Source of the DNA: a virus
Length of the DNA: 51,160 nt
Direction: 5' to 3' (one strand)
IMG/VR virus record: IMGVR_UViG_3300037742_000043
Location: 1-51,160 of that record
This document shows positions 27,892 to 36,569 of the stretch, piece by piece. Under the pieces are notes generated by a model. That model was not told the origin of the DNA. It did no database searches and saw only the letters and a program-made list of their open reading frames with translations. Position 1 is the first letter of the stretch. Each line of letters begins with the position of its first letter. A program made the position numbers and the translations under genes.

Positions 27892-27984
27892 TTAGATCAT
27901 GGCCTTTATTATCCTTGCAACGATCCTACTTAGTATCCCAACATTCATCACGCATCTTTACCTCAATCATAGGATGAAAGAGCC

Positions 27985-28167
27985 ATGTTCGTATTGACAT
28001 ATGATGACAAACGAGGCGAGCTTAGGCAGTTTGAGTCAATATATGAAGCCCATAGCGAATTAGAACGACTAGGCTTCAGATTCAATCAATGGGTGCGAGG
28101 ACTGAATGTAGAAATGTGGTACAATAAGACTGGTGATGTTCTTCTTCTTTCACAATCAGAGGACTAG
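27985..28167 (+). CDS. hypothetical protein, 60 aa
   Basis: Track ORF in the packed early operon. Confidence 0.5.
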   Translation: MFVLTYDDKRGELRQFESIYEAHSELERLGFRFNQWVRGLNVEMWYNKTGDVLLLSQSED

Positions 28168-28170
28168 ACC

Positions 28171-28383
28171 ATGACTCAGGGCAAAGCAACAACAGTTTGG
28201 CAAGCTGGTGCATCGCTTCCTCATGGCGACGGTGATTGGACATTCGGAACATTTGACAATAGAGATGCCGCCAATGCTTGCCTTCAATGGCACAAGAAGT
28301 ACGATGGGCTCCCACGTAACGCGCATTTCTTTGTTGAATCTTTTGATGTCAGTACAACATTCACACCAATTCAAGAGGACTAG
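28171..28383 (+). CDS. hypothetical protein, 70 aa
   Basis: Track ORF, 3-nt gaps to its neighbours. Confidence 0.55.
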   Translation: MTQGKATTVWQAGASLPHGDGDWTFGTFDNRDAANACLQWHKKYDGLPRNAHFFVESFDVSTTFTPIQED

Positions 28384-28386
28384 GCT

Positions 28387-28572
28387 ATGTATTACATCGT
28401 CGAACGTACGGATCAAGGCGGCGGGTATCTGACTCCACCGGGCAGCGAGCATAGCTACACAGACAATGTGCTGTACGCACAGATGTTCACCTCAAAGACG
28501 AATGCCAAAGCACAATGTTGTGAGAACGAACGGGTAGTTACGCTTGAATCCCTGCTTCTTCCATCCTCATAG
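28387..28572 (+). CDS. hypothetical protein, 61 aa
   Basis: Track ORF, 3-nt gap to the upstream gene. Confidence 0.55.
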   Translation: MYYIVERTDQGGGYLTPPGSEHSYTDNVLYAQMFTSKTNAKAQCCENERVVTLESLLLPSS

Positions 28573-28751
28573 GCGAGATATGCAAACGAGAATCTACTTC
28601 CGCATTGGCGACAGGCTTTCATCTATCTGTCTTGTGAGAAACGAGCGGCAGTCAAGCATTAGGCTTGTGCAGGACTTGAATATTTCAAGTTCACCAATCC
28701 TTACATTCTCCGAATGCCCTGCCCTTCCCCCACAACCAAGAGAGGCACGAG

Positions 28752-28946
28752 ATGCCCATTCTTGAAATGACTGAGGATGAAACGATTATTCTCGGCATAA
28801 TCTGTTGCGTCGGCAATGCCTTTATCCTTGGACAAGCAAATCGCGTTAAACTCATCCAAGAAGCATTAGAGACAATGCAAGAGATTCCCAATGGTCGCGC
28901 TGTAGCCGGAGCTGTGTCAAAAAAGCTTGTAAATCTACTTGAATAA
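28752..28946 (+). CDS. hypothetical protein, 64 aa
   Basis: AGAGAGG RBS. Confidence 0.55.
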   Translation: MPILEMTEDETIILGIICCVGNAFILGQANRVKLIQEALETMQEIPNGRAVAGAVSKKLVNLLE

Positions 28947-29009
28947 CGCTTGACCTTCATTCATTCATTCATTATCTTCTCTCCATCACATTAACATGGA
29001 GGCAGGGCG

Positions 29010-29135
29010 ATGACGAGGATTACAGAGAAGGATGCGCGGCTGGACAGGTTGAGGGCGGTACGGGCGAGGATGGAGCGACTGGCCAAGCAGGGCAAGGCAC
29101 TAATGGTAAAAAGACCAACTATGGTCACAGCATGA
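29010..29135 (+). CDS. possible basic helical 41-aa protein
   Basis: Read by hand. GGAGG RBS. Confidence 0.3.
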   Translation: MTRITEKDARLDRLRAVRARMERLAKQGKALMVKRPTMVTA

Positions 29136-29144
29136 CCCGCAGGG

Positions 29145-29216
29145 CGAGAGAGACGGTCAAGGATTGCCTACTATATAGTAGAAACAATCCTCGGGGTTCG
29201 ATTCCCTATCTCTCCA
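29145..29216 (+). other. tRNA-like fragment with no usable anticodon arm
   Basis: T arm CGGGG-TTCGATT-CCCTA. Acceptor 6/7 bp (CGAGAGA/TCTCTCC). D arm with a GG loop. The anticodon position is occupied by the tight palindrome CTACTATATAGTAG. Confidence 0.3.
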
Positions 29217-29269
29217 TGCTCCAATCTCGGAGCGGGCAGCACCAACATTCATTCTCGGAGTAGCATCAC

Positions 29270-29776
29270 ATGAGTATCACTACGGTAAAGCTGAGCGGTA
29301 AGAAGAACACGAAAGATGGCAGCGAAATGGCATGGAAGGTTAATGCGAAGAACCTTGAGGCGAGCAAGTATCCGAATCTGACCAGTGGTGAGATTCCCGG
29401 ACCGAATAAGACGCGCATCGCTGTTGCACAGGTTCCCATGCTGCCATCCAATGTCACAACGACCGAGGCCACTTCGTATGAAGATGTGGTGACGGAAGCT
29501 GGTGATAAGTTTCAGGCATGGGTAGTTCGTAGCCGCAATGAACAAGTCCGCAATGCAGCAGAGGCAGCGGCCAAGGCGTATGCCCGTGACATCGAATCCT
29601 ATGCTGACGGTCAAGTCCTGACTTATGATGGCACAGGTGTTGACATTTACACTGTTGTGGAAAAGGCAGCAGTGAAGCAGTCTGCTGGCGCATTCAAGTC
29701 TGAATTGCAAAAGATCCTTGAACTCGATCTCTCCGACGCCGAACGTATCGCCATGATTCAGCAGCTTTCGAAGTAA
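29270..29776 (+). CDS. hypothetical protein, 168 aa
   Basis: Track ORF. Confidence 0.65.
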   Translation: MSITTVKLSGKKNTKDGSEMAWKVNAKNLEASKYPNLTSGEIPGPNKTRIAVAQVPMLPSNVTTTEATSYEDVVTEAGDKFQAWVVRSRNEQVRNAAEAAAKAYARDIESYADGQVLTYDGTGVDIYTVVEKAAVKQSAGAFKSELQKILELDLSDAERIAMIQQLSK

Positions 29777-29786
29777 TTTTGCAATA

Positions 29787-29835
29787 GGGGCTGTGTGATG
29801 GTAGTCATGAATCCTAGCAATCTTCACACAGCCCC
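29787..29835 (+). other. perfect 12-bp hairpin (processing site or U-tract-less terminator?)
   Basis: GGGGCTGTGTGA (29787-98) pairs with TCACACAGCCCC (29824-35), 25-nt loop, no downstream T run. Confidence 0.5.
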
Positions 29836-29945
29836 GCGCGAGGTTTCAGCCGCTGCGCATCGAACCCCATTCATTAATCATTGCGCGCCAGCGCCAACGA
29901 ATCCCATTCTCTTTCCTTCATGTCAGAGACAAAGGACCACTCTCC

Positions 29946-30212
29946 ATGCCATCAGGATTTCGCACATCCCATCAATTAGCAAGAGAGCTATTAGCGCGAA
30001 GAAACATGCCAATTGCGACATGTTATTCTCGTTTTGTCTCTAATCCAAGTAATATCTCAGCGTTTGGAATGATGCTTGGGCATATTCGTTTTGGCTATTC
30101 AGACGACAAAACGATTGACGCTTTACTCATCGGTCAATGGGATTTGGATGATAAGCTAAACCCGCCGAATTGGGAATTGATCGAAACATTTGAAGTTGGT
30201 GAAGCTATATAG
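29946..30212 (+). CDS. hypothetical protein, 88 aa
   Basis: Track ORF. Confidence 0.55.
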   Translation: MPSGFRTSHQLARELLARRNMPIATCYSRFVSNPSNISAFGMMLGHIRFGYSDDKTIDALLIGQWDLDDKLNPPNWELIETFEVGEAI

Positions 30213-30256
30213 CCCCATACAGCATTCCCCCATCACAATCCTCAGAGAACATCGCA

Positions 30257-30700
30257 ATGGGATATTCAATTTTCATCGGCAATGCAGAGCTTGAAACATC
30301 ATGGTCAGCAGAGGAAGGTGGCTGGGCACGATGGCATGTGGCCGAGCATTCTGAAGACAACGCTCCAAATTTTATTGGAGACGACCTGACATCAAATAGC
30401 AATGGTCGTCACCCAAGTTACTCACAATGGGATGACTTTTGTCACACAGTAAAACTTCATTCTCTGTTCTTCAACAAGGAGAATGGCTTGATGCAAGAGC
30501 ATCCGGGAATTGTCCCTTTAACTACATCAATTCTCGAAGCAGTGCGTAATACGAGAGAGAAGTATACCAATCTTTACCCAAACGCAAAACCGGGATGGGG
30601 AGATGGTTATGACTATACTCTAGCACGATTGCTTTGGCTTGAATGGTGGATGGATTGGGCATTGCATAACTGTGAGCGGCCAGCAATCTCCAATTCCTAA
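30257..30700 (+). CDS. hypothetical protein, 147 aa
   Basis: Track ORF. Confidence 0.6.
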   Translation: MGYSIFIGNAELETSWSAEEGGWARWHVAEHSEDNAPNFIGDDLTSNSNGRHPSYSQWDDFCHTVKLHSLFFNKENGLMQEHPGIVPLTTSILEAVRNTREKYTNLYPNAKPGWGDGYDYTLARLLWLEWWMDWALHNCERPAISNS

Positions 30701-30752
30701 CCGAGAACATTAATCATAAAGCTCTCATAACTCACACCTTCGGAGAACAAAA

Positions 30753-31061
30753 GTGACAGAAGAGGAGCAGTATTTTGAAATGATCCGACCGCGAGCAGAC
30801 TATGCGGAAAAAGCCGAAAAGGAATGGAGCGCATTCGCACGCAGCGCCAAGCGCAGAATGTACTTTAATACAATCATGCTGATCTGGGGCGCAGAATGGC
30901 TAGTCTATGATGCCACACATGGCAAACATTATCAAGCAATAGCGCAAGGATTCTTTTTTATCTTCCAGCTCATTCTCCTGTTGTTCAATCATGATCGTCG
31001 GCAGAAGAATCTACGAGTCGCAAAAGCCTTTGCAAATCGTCAATGGCCGGACTGGCGATAA
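30753..31061 (+). CDS. membrane protein (2 predicted TM), 102 aa
   Basis: GTG start after GGAGA. Hydrophobic segments IMLIWGAEWLV and GFFFIFQLILLLF. Confidence 0.55.
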   Translation: MTEEEQYFEMIRPRADYAEKAEKEWSAFARSAKRRMYFNTIMLIWGAEWLVYDATHGKHYQAIAQGFFFIFQLILLLFNHDRRQKNLRVAKAFANRQWPDWR

Positions 31062-31063
31062 TC

Positions 31064-31654
31064 ATGGAACTCGCGGAGCTATCTCATGCATGTCTCATCG
31101 GCGTATTGCGACTAGAAGAGCATTTGATTTCAGTACATCGAATCAAAAAGTGCTGGGTCACAAAAATGAGCGAGGATGAGAGTGAATGGATGAGGGTAGA
31201 GAGAAGCGGCGGAGACTTTCCAATCATCTCCATCTCCATCCTCGCATTCATCAACTACAAGCAGAGCAAGAATGATCGAGAGCGGCAAAGGTATGAGAGA
31301 CTCCTCGTCAATCTCTACCTCCACGCAACAAAGATGACGCATCAAAATCTATTCGAACATCCAAGCGATGCAGTAAAGGTGGTGTATAATTCGTCAATGA
31401 AGTGGCCAGAGAGAAAGAGAGTCAAGCCAGAGCCAGTTGTAGTTGTGCCAGCGCAGCCATCATTCATCATTCAGCATATTGTTGCAGTAACAGAGACGAT
31501 GACGGGGAAGCGACATAGTGTGGCAGTGATGCAAGGACCAGAGACGCCGACGATTGACGCGATGGTGCAAGAGGCGACGAGGATTTTGACGGAAAGGATT
31601 CTGAATGAGCAAGCGGACTGTGAGACAGGCACGCCGAGGCTGGCGCTGGCCTAG
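31064..31654 (+). CDS. hypothetical protein, 196 aa
   Basis: Start moved to ATG 31064, just after the upstream stop. Confidence 0.55.
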   Translation: MELAELSHACLIGVLRLEEHLISVHRIKKCWVTKMSEDESEWMRVERSGGDFPIISISILAFINYKQSKNDRERQRYERLLVNLYLHATKMTHQNLFEHPSDAVKVVYNSSMKWPERKRVKPEPVVVVPAQPSFIIQHIVAVTETMTGKRHSVAVMQGPETPTIDAMVQEATRILTERILNEQADCETGTPRLALA

Positions 31655-31699
31655 AGCGAATCGAGGGCAGGATTGGGGTAAGGAGCCAGATAGAATTAG

Positions 31700-31748
31700 A
31701 GGGGCGTACAGGGGCCATTGTGGCGATCCTAGACGCCCCTTTCCTTTT
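31700..31748 (+). terminator. rho-independent terminator-like hairpin
   Basis: AGGGGCGT (31700-07) pairs with ACGCCCCT (31733-40), followed by TTCCTTTT. The loop is large (25 nt). Confidence 0.5.
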
Positions 31749-31760
31749 AGTAGAAGCCGC

Positions 31761-31822
31761 TGAAAATTTCCGAAAATTTCTACTTACTCCCCCTTGCGGG
31801 AGGGGGCAAGTCATAGTATACT
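31761..31822 (+). promoter_or_regulatory. tandem (T/C)GAAAATTTC x2, GC hairpin and putative promoter
   Basis: GAAAATTTC at 31762-70 and 31772-80. CCCCCT/AGGGGG hairpin at 31789-31806. TTGCGG (31794-99), 17-nt spacer, TATACT (31817-22). Confidence 0.45.
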
Positions 31823-31876
31823 CTCACTCACGCCGACCTACCTCGGCACCCATGTGTATCATCATCTCAATCATCA

Positions 31877-32212
31877 ATGACCCCACTATCAAGTATCAGA
31901 CTCCTGATCGGCCTAGACCTCAATCAAAAAGGTCTCCCTTCATCAATCATCACGCCAATCCTCACCATTCTCAAGCTGGCCGACGAAGAAATGACCGAAG
32001 TTGGCTTTGACTTTGAAGATCCGCAGATTCACTTGGCTGTTGAGGAGCTTGAAAAGGCCATTGCAGAGATGAACGGCGTTGAACCTGCATACATTATCGA
32101 AGGAACGGAAACAGCACGAAGTTATGGTTTGAGTAACATTAGTGAGATTGAAACTTCCCTTAACAACAATCCCGACCCTCTCTCCTACCTTGACGATGAT
32201 GATGGAAACTAA
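31877..32212 (+). CDS. hypothetical acidic protein (start uncertain), up to 111 aa
   Basis: Track ORF. An alternative ATG lies at 31991. Confidence 0.45.
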   Translation: MTPLSSIRLLIGLDLNQKGLPSSIITPILTILKLADEEMTEVGFDFEDPQIHLAVEELEKAIAEMNGVEPAYIIEGTETARSYGLSNISEIETSLNNNPDPLSYLDDDDGN

Positions 32213-32213
32213 G

Positions 32214-32501
32214 ATGAGTGATGATGCGATGATAAGTGAGGCGAAACGCGACAAGGTTCGCGACGCGATTGCAGAGGCGCTTGGACAGAGCGCATACATG
32301 CGCATCACCGACCTGTTTTGTCAGTGGCGCTTCGAACGCAAGCACGACCGGACGCAACGTGCACGGAAGGCGGACCGTAAGCGCCGTCTGGACCGGATGG
32401 CCGCGCTTGAGGATGAATTGCGCGACCTCGAATGCGCGGAAGCCGCGGCGCTCGCATTCGAAACGAAACAACCCGTCACCCTCACCCGGAGCCCGCAATG
32501 A
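32214..32501 (+). CDS. hypothetical basic protein, 95 aa
   Basis: Start moved to ATG 32214. First gene of the GC-rich island. Confidence 0.55.
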   Translation: MSDDAMISEAKRDKVRDAIAEALGQSAYMRITDLFCQWRFERKHDRTQRARKADRKRRLDRMAALEDELRDLECAEAAALAFETKQPVTLTRSPQ

Positions 32502-32923
32502 GCGCCGTCTATTGCATCGTGCGCGTGAGTGATGGTGAAGTGGTAGGCGCGAGTGCTCAGGGCTACGCGGACGCGATCAACGATGCAGGTGCGAGAATGG
32601 TCAATCTGATCGCAGCTCGACACGCTATTGCGTTGCAACCCGACCCATCACGTGACTGGAATGGTTTTGAACATGACGGCTACCGCCTCGAAACCCGCCC
32701 CACGCCAGCGCTGCCCGCGGTGAGTAAGGCGATGGTGGAAGCGGCGGCGCGTGTGTTGTGTGACTGTCTCGCCAAAGACAAACACTTACGGAATGCAATG
32801 GGCGAGCCTCTCGTCGCGCAATATGATGAATATGGTGATTCTGGTCAGGTCGTTATGCGCCATTACGCCCACATCATTCTTACAGCCGCCCTCAACGCGT
32901 GCGGCGATCGGGGGGAAGGATGA
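32498..32923 (+). CDS. hypothetical protein, 141 aa
   Basis: ATGA coupling. In the GC-rich island. Confidence 0.6.
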   Translation: MSAVYCIVRVSDGEVVGASAQGYADAINDAGARMVNLIAARHAIALQPDPSRDWNGFEHDGYRLETRPTPALPAVSKAMVEAAARVLCDCLAKDKHLRNAMGEPLVAQYDEYGDSGQVVMRHYAHIILTAALNACGDRGEG

Positions 32924-33429
32924 GCCTTTACCCGATGTGCCCGAATTGCGGATCAACGAACATCGCGACAGAACGCCGGATGAACGGCAATCATTCGTGC
33001 GCCGCATGTCGTCACGTGTGGCCGAACATGAAACCAACAGAACCCGCCCCGCCAACCGAGGCGCTGGTTGCTGAAGGGCGGAAGTTGGTGGAGTACGATA
33101 TTGACATCAAACAACGTAGCGCACAGAACGCGCGCGACACGCAGAACGATGGACCCTTTGTCGATAGGGACTTGAAAAGGCGTGTCGCCGAGTCGCTGGA
33201 TAAAGACGCCGAAGCACTTTGCGCTTTCCTCGACAAAGCCGAACGCGACGCCAACACCCTCGCCACGTTGCGCCAGCAGATCGAGGGGTTGGCGCGGTTG
33301 AGTGTTGAGCACTACGTCCAGCGCGCCGACTTCGGCGGCCCTGCATTCTCAACGACACGAGAGAAACCGAGCGCGAATGGCAAATATCTCGACCGCGCCG
33401 AAGTGCTGGCGACGTTGGGAGGGGCATGA
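32920..33429 (+). CDS. zinc-ribbon protein, 169 aa
   Basis: ATGA coupling and GGGGAAGG RBS. N-terminal CPNCG...CAACRH. Confidence 0.6.
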   Translation: MSLYPMCPNCGSTNIATERRMNGNHSCAACRHVWPNMKPTEPAPPTEALVAEGRKLVEYDIDIKQRSAQNARDTQNDGPFVDRDLKRRVAESLDKDAEALCAFLDKAERDANTLATLRQQIEGLARLSVEHYVQRADFGGPAFSTTREKPSANGKYLDRAEVLATLGGA

Positions 33430-33680
33430 TGGGTAAAGCGCTAACACTCCGCGAGAAACTGGAACGGCTCTCGATCCCTCGCGGATGGGGGTTGAAACTG
33501 GCGCGCGATGTTGCAAAGACATGCCCGTTCTGCCAGCGCCAACCAGTCATTCAGTATTGGCACGCTGGCGGACCGAACAAAGTGTTGGTCGGTTGCGAGA
33601 ACGACAATTGCGCGGCGGAACCATCGGTAACAGGCGAATCTACTTTTGAGGGCGTGAAGAAATGGAACAAAAGAACATGA
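33426..33680 (+). CDS. Lar-family (restriction alleviation)-like protein, 84 aa
   Basis: CPFC-x23-C-x4-C ... KKWNKRT matches the Lar family pattern (CPFCG ... C..C ... WN.R). Confidence 0.55.
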   Translation: MMGKALTLREKLERLSIPRGWGLKLARDVAKTCPFCQRQPVIQYWHAGGPNKVLVGCENDNCAAEPSVTGESTFEGVKKWNKRT

Positions 33681-34330
33681 CTAACCCGACTCCGAGCGAG
33701 GGGGTGCTGTACTTCCTCGACTGGAACGAACCAGTTAGCTATTCGCGCAAGGATGACGGGACTATCCTTCGTAATTGCGAGGAAGATAACTGGCCTGGCG
33801 GTATCGGCGAAGATCAGCCGAACGGTGTGTTTCTTGTGTTTGTTGGGACAATCCACCAGAACACAGATGACTGGACAGAAGAGCAATGCGAAGCAGCGGA
33901 GATCTCGATCGAAGCGATGAAGTACAGCGCGTGGTGGGATGGAGACTTTCGCGAAGCAACGGACGAAGAGATCGCCGACGTGTTCTGTCCCCAACTCCGC
34001 GCCCGCTTGGCGACGTGTGAAGGGGAAAAGAACGCCGCGTACGCGGAACGGAATCGCGTTGTTGCGTGGGCCGCGTTGCTGTCGCATCAACTTGGCGACG
34101 TGGTGCGCGTGACGAAAACGGTTATCGAAGGCTGGGACCCCGCTTGGCACAACTGCGTCTTTGTCGAAACGCCAAACGGCCAAGCGTCGTGGCACTTCCA
34201 CGACACCGAATCCCATCTCTTTTTCGGCCTTACACACATGCCGCATGTGTGGGATGGACACAGTACAGAAGAGAAGTACGCCCGGCTTCAAAACCTCATG
34301 CTTACTCGCCCACTATCAAAAAAATCATGA
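33677..34330 (+). CDS. WDGH-domain-like protein, 217 aa
   Basis: ATGA coupling at 33677. C-terminal ERNRVVAWAA...GQASWHFHD...WDGHSTEEKYARL. Confidence 0.5.
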   Translation: MTNPTPSEGVLYFLDWNEPVSYSRKDDGTILRNCEEDNWPGGIGEDQPNGVFLVFVGTIHQNTDDWTEEQCEAAEISIEAMKYSAWWDGDFREATDEEIADVFCPQLRARLATCEGEKNAAYAERNRVVAWAALLSHQLGDVVRVTKTVIEGWDPAWHNCVFVETPNGQASWHFHDTESHLFFGLTHMPHVWDGHSTEEKYARLQNLMLTRPLSKKS

Positions 34331-34545
34331 TCACCAAAGCCTTAGTCTGGTGCGACACGCATCATCAACTAGAAGAGTGGCGACATGACAGCGATCAATA
34401 CTTTCGCTACTCTCGACTTGAAGATGGTAAGTGGGAAGATTCAGGGGCGTATATAAGAAGGTTTAGCGGTAAGACTTCAAGAACACTTGAAGAATACGTG
34501 AAAGAAAATAAGGAGCTAACCATCCTCTACGCCTTTCGCACATGA
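34327..34545 (+). CDS. hypothetical protein, 72 aa
   Basis: ATGA coupling. Confidence 0.55.
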   Translation: MITKALVWCDTHHQLEEWRHDSDQYFRYSRLEDGKWEDSGAYIRRFSGKTSRTLEEYVKENKELTILYAFRT

Positions 34546-34552
34546 CTAGATC

Positions 34553-34933
34553 ATGATCCAGTCCAACAAACTATATCCAGCATTCCCTTATTGCATCACA
34601 ATCCCCGGCGGAGCGAAGGCGAATATCTTCATCACTGAAGGCCCAGTCATTCAGCCAGACGGATTAATCAAAATCCTCCCCATTCTCGTCCAATGCAACA
34701 TCGGCCGAGTAGGAACACGGATGGCAGGGTATGGCATTACAGTCTCTCGCCTCTGCACTGAACTCCTTAATCAAACATCCTTAGACGAATGTATCGCAGT
34801 CTTTTCCGATTTGAGTATTGATCTTGCCGAACTCGAATCAGACATCGCATTTGAATCCGCTCGAAGTCTACCCGAAGCATTCGCCATCGCCCTTCGTACC
34901 TATCGCAACCATAAACAGGAGACAGGAGTATGA
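34553..34933 (+). CDS. hypothetical protein, 126 aa
   Basis: Track ORF. Confidence 0.6.
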   Translation: MIQSNKLYPAFPYCITIPGGAKANIFITEGPVIQPDGLIKILPILVQCNIGRVGTRMAGYGITVSRLCTELLNQTSLDECIAVFSDLSIDLAELESDIAFESARSLPEAFAIALRTYRNHKQETGV

Positions 34934-35259
34934 ATAAAATCTATATTCTCTCATCTGGTGAAGGCAAATTCATTTCAGGCTTTGCAATTGCGGAGGATGG
35001 CGAGTGTATTGCTAGCCACTGTTCATCCCACCGTAGCTGGACGAGGCATGACATGGGTATAAATAGTGATTGGAAGCATGATCAGTACAAAAAGAAATAT
35101 CCAAACGGATATGAGTTGGTTGATTACATTGATGTGCCTGAGTATGAGTGGGAGGCGCATGATGTGATTGCTTCGTTGATTGCACTTGCGAAGGAAAGAG
35201 ATGATCCAGAACTTGAACCGTTTGTTACAGCAGAATTCATTGAGGGACCATCTTTATGA
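34930..35259 (+). CDS. hypothetical protein, 109 aa
   Basis: ATGA coupling. Confidence 0.6.
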   Translation: MNKIYILSSGEGKFISGFAIAEDGECIASHCSSHRSWTRHDMGINSDWKHDQYKKKYPNGYELVDYIDVPEYEWEAHDVIASLIALAKERDDPELEPFVTAEFIEGPSL

Positions 35260-35420
35260 CCCTCGATGACCTCATTCACAGACTCCAACAATTCAAATCC
35301 GATCATCCCGACATGGGCAAGTCCATCATAGTCGATGATCAAGAGATGGAAGTTGTTGGTGTGTACTTAACAAAGACAGCAGTTCACGGTCAGTGTATTG
35401 TTGTCTCAGGAGATGACTAA
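35256..35420 (+). CDS. MTL-family small protein, paralog 1, 54 aa
   Basis: Read by hand. ATGA coupling. MTLDDLIHRLQQFKSDHPD... Confidence 0.5.
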   Translation: MTLDDLIHRLQQFKSDHPDMGKSIIVDDQEMEVVGVYLTKTAVHGQCIVVSGDD

Positions 35421-35421
35421 A

Positions 35422-35592
35422 ATGACCCTTGGCGAACTCAAAGCGGCGATCAAGAATCTTGAGATCGACAATCCTAAGCTTAATGATAACTCGGATGTAC
35501 TTGCATACAATCATTCACTCGGCTGTGATATGGACCTTACAAAGGCTGAAGTCAGTTTCAATGGAAACTTAATCTTCACGGTACAAGAATGA
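35422..35592 (+). CDS. MTL-family small protein, paralog 2, 56 aa
   Basis: Start at internal ATG 35422. MTLGELKAAIKNLEIDNPK... Confidence 0.5.
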   Translation: MTLGELKAAIKNLEIDNPKLNDNSDVLAYNHSLGCDMDLTKAEVSFNGNLIFTVQE

Positions 35593-35759
35593 CCCTCTCT
35601 CAATTAGAATCAGAGATTAAGCGACTAAGAGAAGAGCATCCAGAGCTTGACGACAACACAGAGATAATGATGTTCGAATCCTATAAGGGACCAATAGGCA
35701 AGCTTGCAGTTATAACATACGGGGAATCTTTTCTCTGGCTAAATGGTCCAGCTTCATGA
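35589..35759 (+). CDS. MTL-family small protein, paralog 3, 56 aa
   Basis: Read by hand. ATGA coupling at both ends. MTLSQLESEIKRLREEHPE... Confidence 0.5.
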   Translation: MTLSQLESEIKRLREEHPELDDNTEIMMFESYKGPIGKLAVITYGESFLWLNGPAS

Positions 35760-36106
35760 TCCTCCCCATCATCAACGAGAAGTCCAAGGCGATGTTTTCA
35801 CTTCTTCGCAAGGGCTTTACGAACGTGTCGCCAGAAGACCTTGCCCTTCTCTGCGCCTACATTGGAGTGACAATAATCAGAGGCAAATGCGATGCGAACG
35901 ACATCGAAATCAAAAAGTCCTGCGCCCGCATCGCTCACTTCGCCTACATCAACCTACTCTCACCATCGGAGTACGAAGAATTTCTCCTCACTCAATCAAA
36001 AGCCAATGGCTCCACGACTCAGCAAGAACAAGATCGAGTATCTAACACCGATAGCAGCGGACATCAACATGGCGCTGACCTCGATTCCACGAGTACATCT
36101 TCTTAG
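35756..36106 (+). CDS. hypothetical protein, 116 aa
   Basis: ATGA coupling. Confidence 0.5.
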   Translation: MILPIINEKSKAMFSLLRKGFTNVSPEDLALLCAYIGVTIIRGKCDANDIEIKKSCARIAHFAYINLLSPSEYEEFLLTQSKANGSTTQQEQDRVSNTDSSGHQHGADLDSTSTSS

Positions 36107-36569
36107 AATCACCCATGATCGCCCTTGGGTACTCAAAGCCGACCTCGAAGTCTACCGATCACAACTTTTCCCCGACTGGAAAGGAAAGTTCTCAATGTGG
36201 AGCTTTCCGAATGAAGGCTATTTGGAACTGAGGTTCCCCAAAACACCTACTGTCAAGGTCGAACACTCATTCGAAGGCCAGTTCATCAACACGCCACAGA
36301 CAACCGAGGCCATTGTTGGCTACCTTATGTCAGATCGAGGCGCGCAGATGAAGTTCCTTAAGCAAGGATTGACACGAGATGACCTTACTTCATTACATAA
36401 TCTCAACCTCATGTATCACATCAGTGAATCCGGCATGTATATTACCTTCACGCCGCGCACAGATGCACGAGGAGAGACGCCGTATAGGCCAACGCTTGAA
36501 GCTCCAGTTTATTCTCCTGCTATAGATTCACCAATCACTGAGGACAAAAAGGATAAATATGGATTCTGA
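36006..36569 (+). CDS. hypothetical protein (start uncertain), about 167-187 aa
   Basis: The track ORF is trimmed to the ATG at 36006 or 36069. It overlaps the previous ORF. Confidence 0.5.
   Translation: MAPRLSKNKIEYLTPIAADINMALTSIPRVHLLRITHDRPWVLKADLEVYRSQLFPDWKGKFSMWSFPNEGYLELRFPKTPTVKVEHSFEGQFINTPQTTEAIVGYLMSDRGAQMKFLKQGLTRDDLTSLHNLNLMYHISESGMYITFTPRTDARGETPYRPTLEAPVYSPAIDSPITEDKKDKYGF

Noticed and set aside
28544-28765. 73-aa ORF spanning the 28573-28751 gap
   Set aside because: It has no RBS and a poor start context, and it overlaps both neighbouring genes. The gap contains the palindrome ACTTGAA-TAT-TTCAAGT (28672-28688) and is more likely regulatory.
28961-28976. (TTCA)4 microsatellite
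   Set aside because: It is a short, single occurrence in an intergenic spacer, with no evidence of function.
29145-29216. tRNA-like fragment as an attP core
   Set aside because: There is no integrase, excisionase or repressor anywhere in the genome.
33551-34291. 246-aa minus-strand ORF and its neighbours (33107-33550, 32953-33312, 32321-32638)
   Set aside because: They lie in the GC-rich island, where stop codons are rare in all frames. They are antisense to ATGA-coupled plus-strand genes that carry recognisable motifs.
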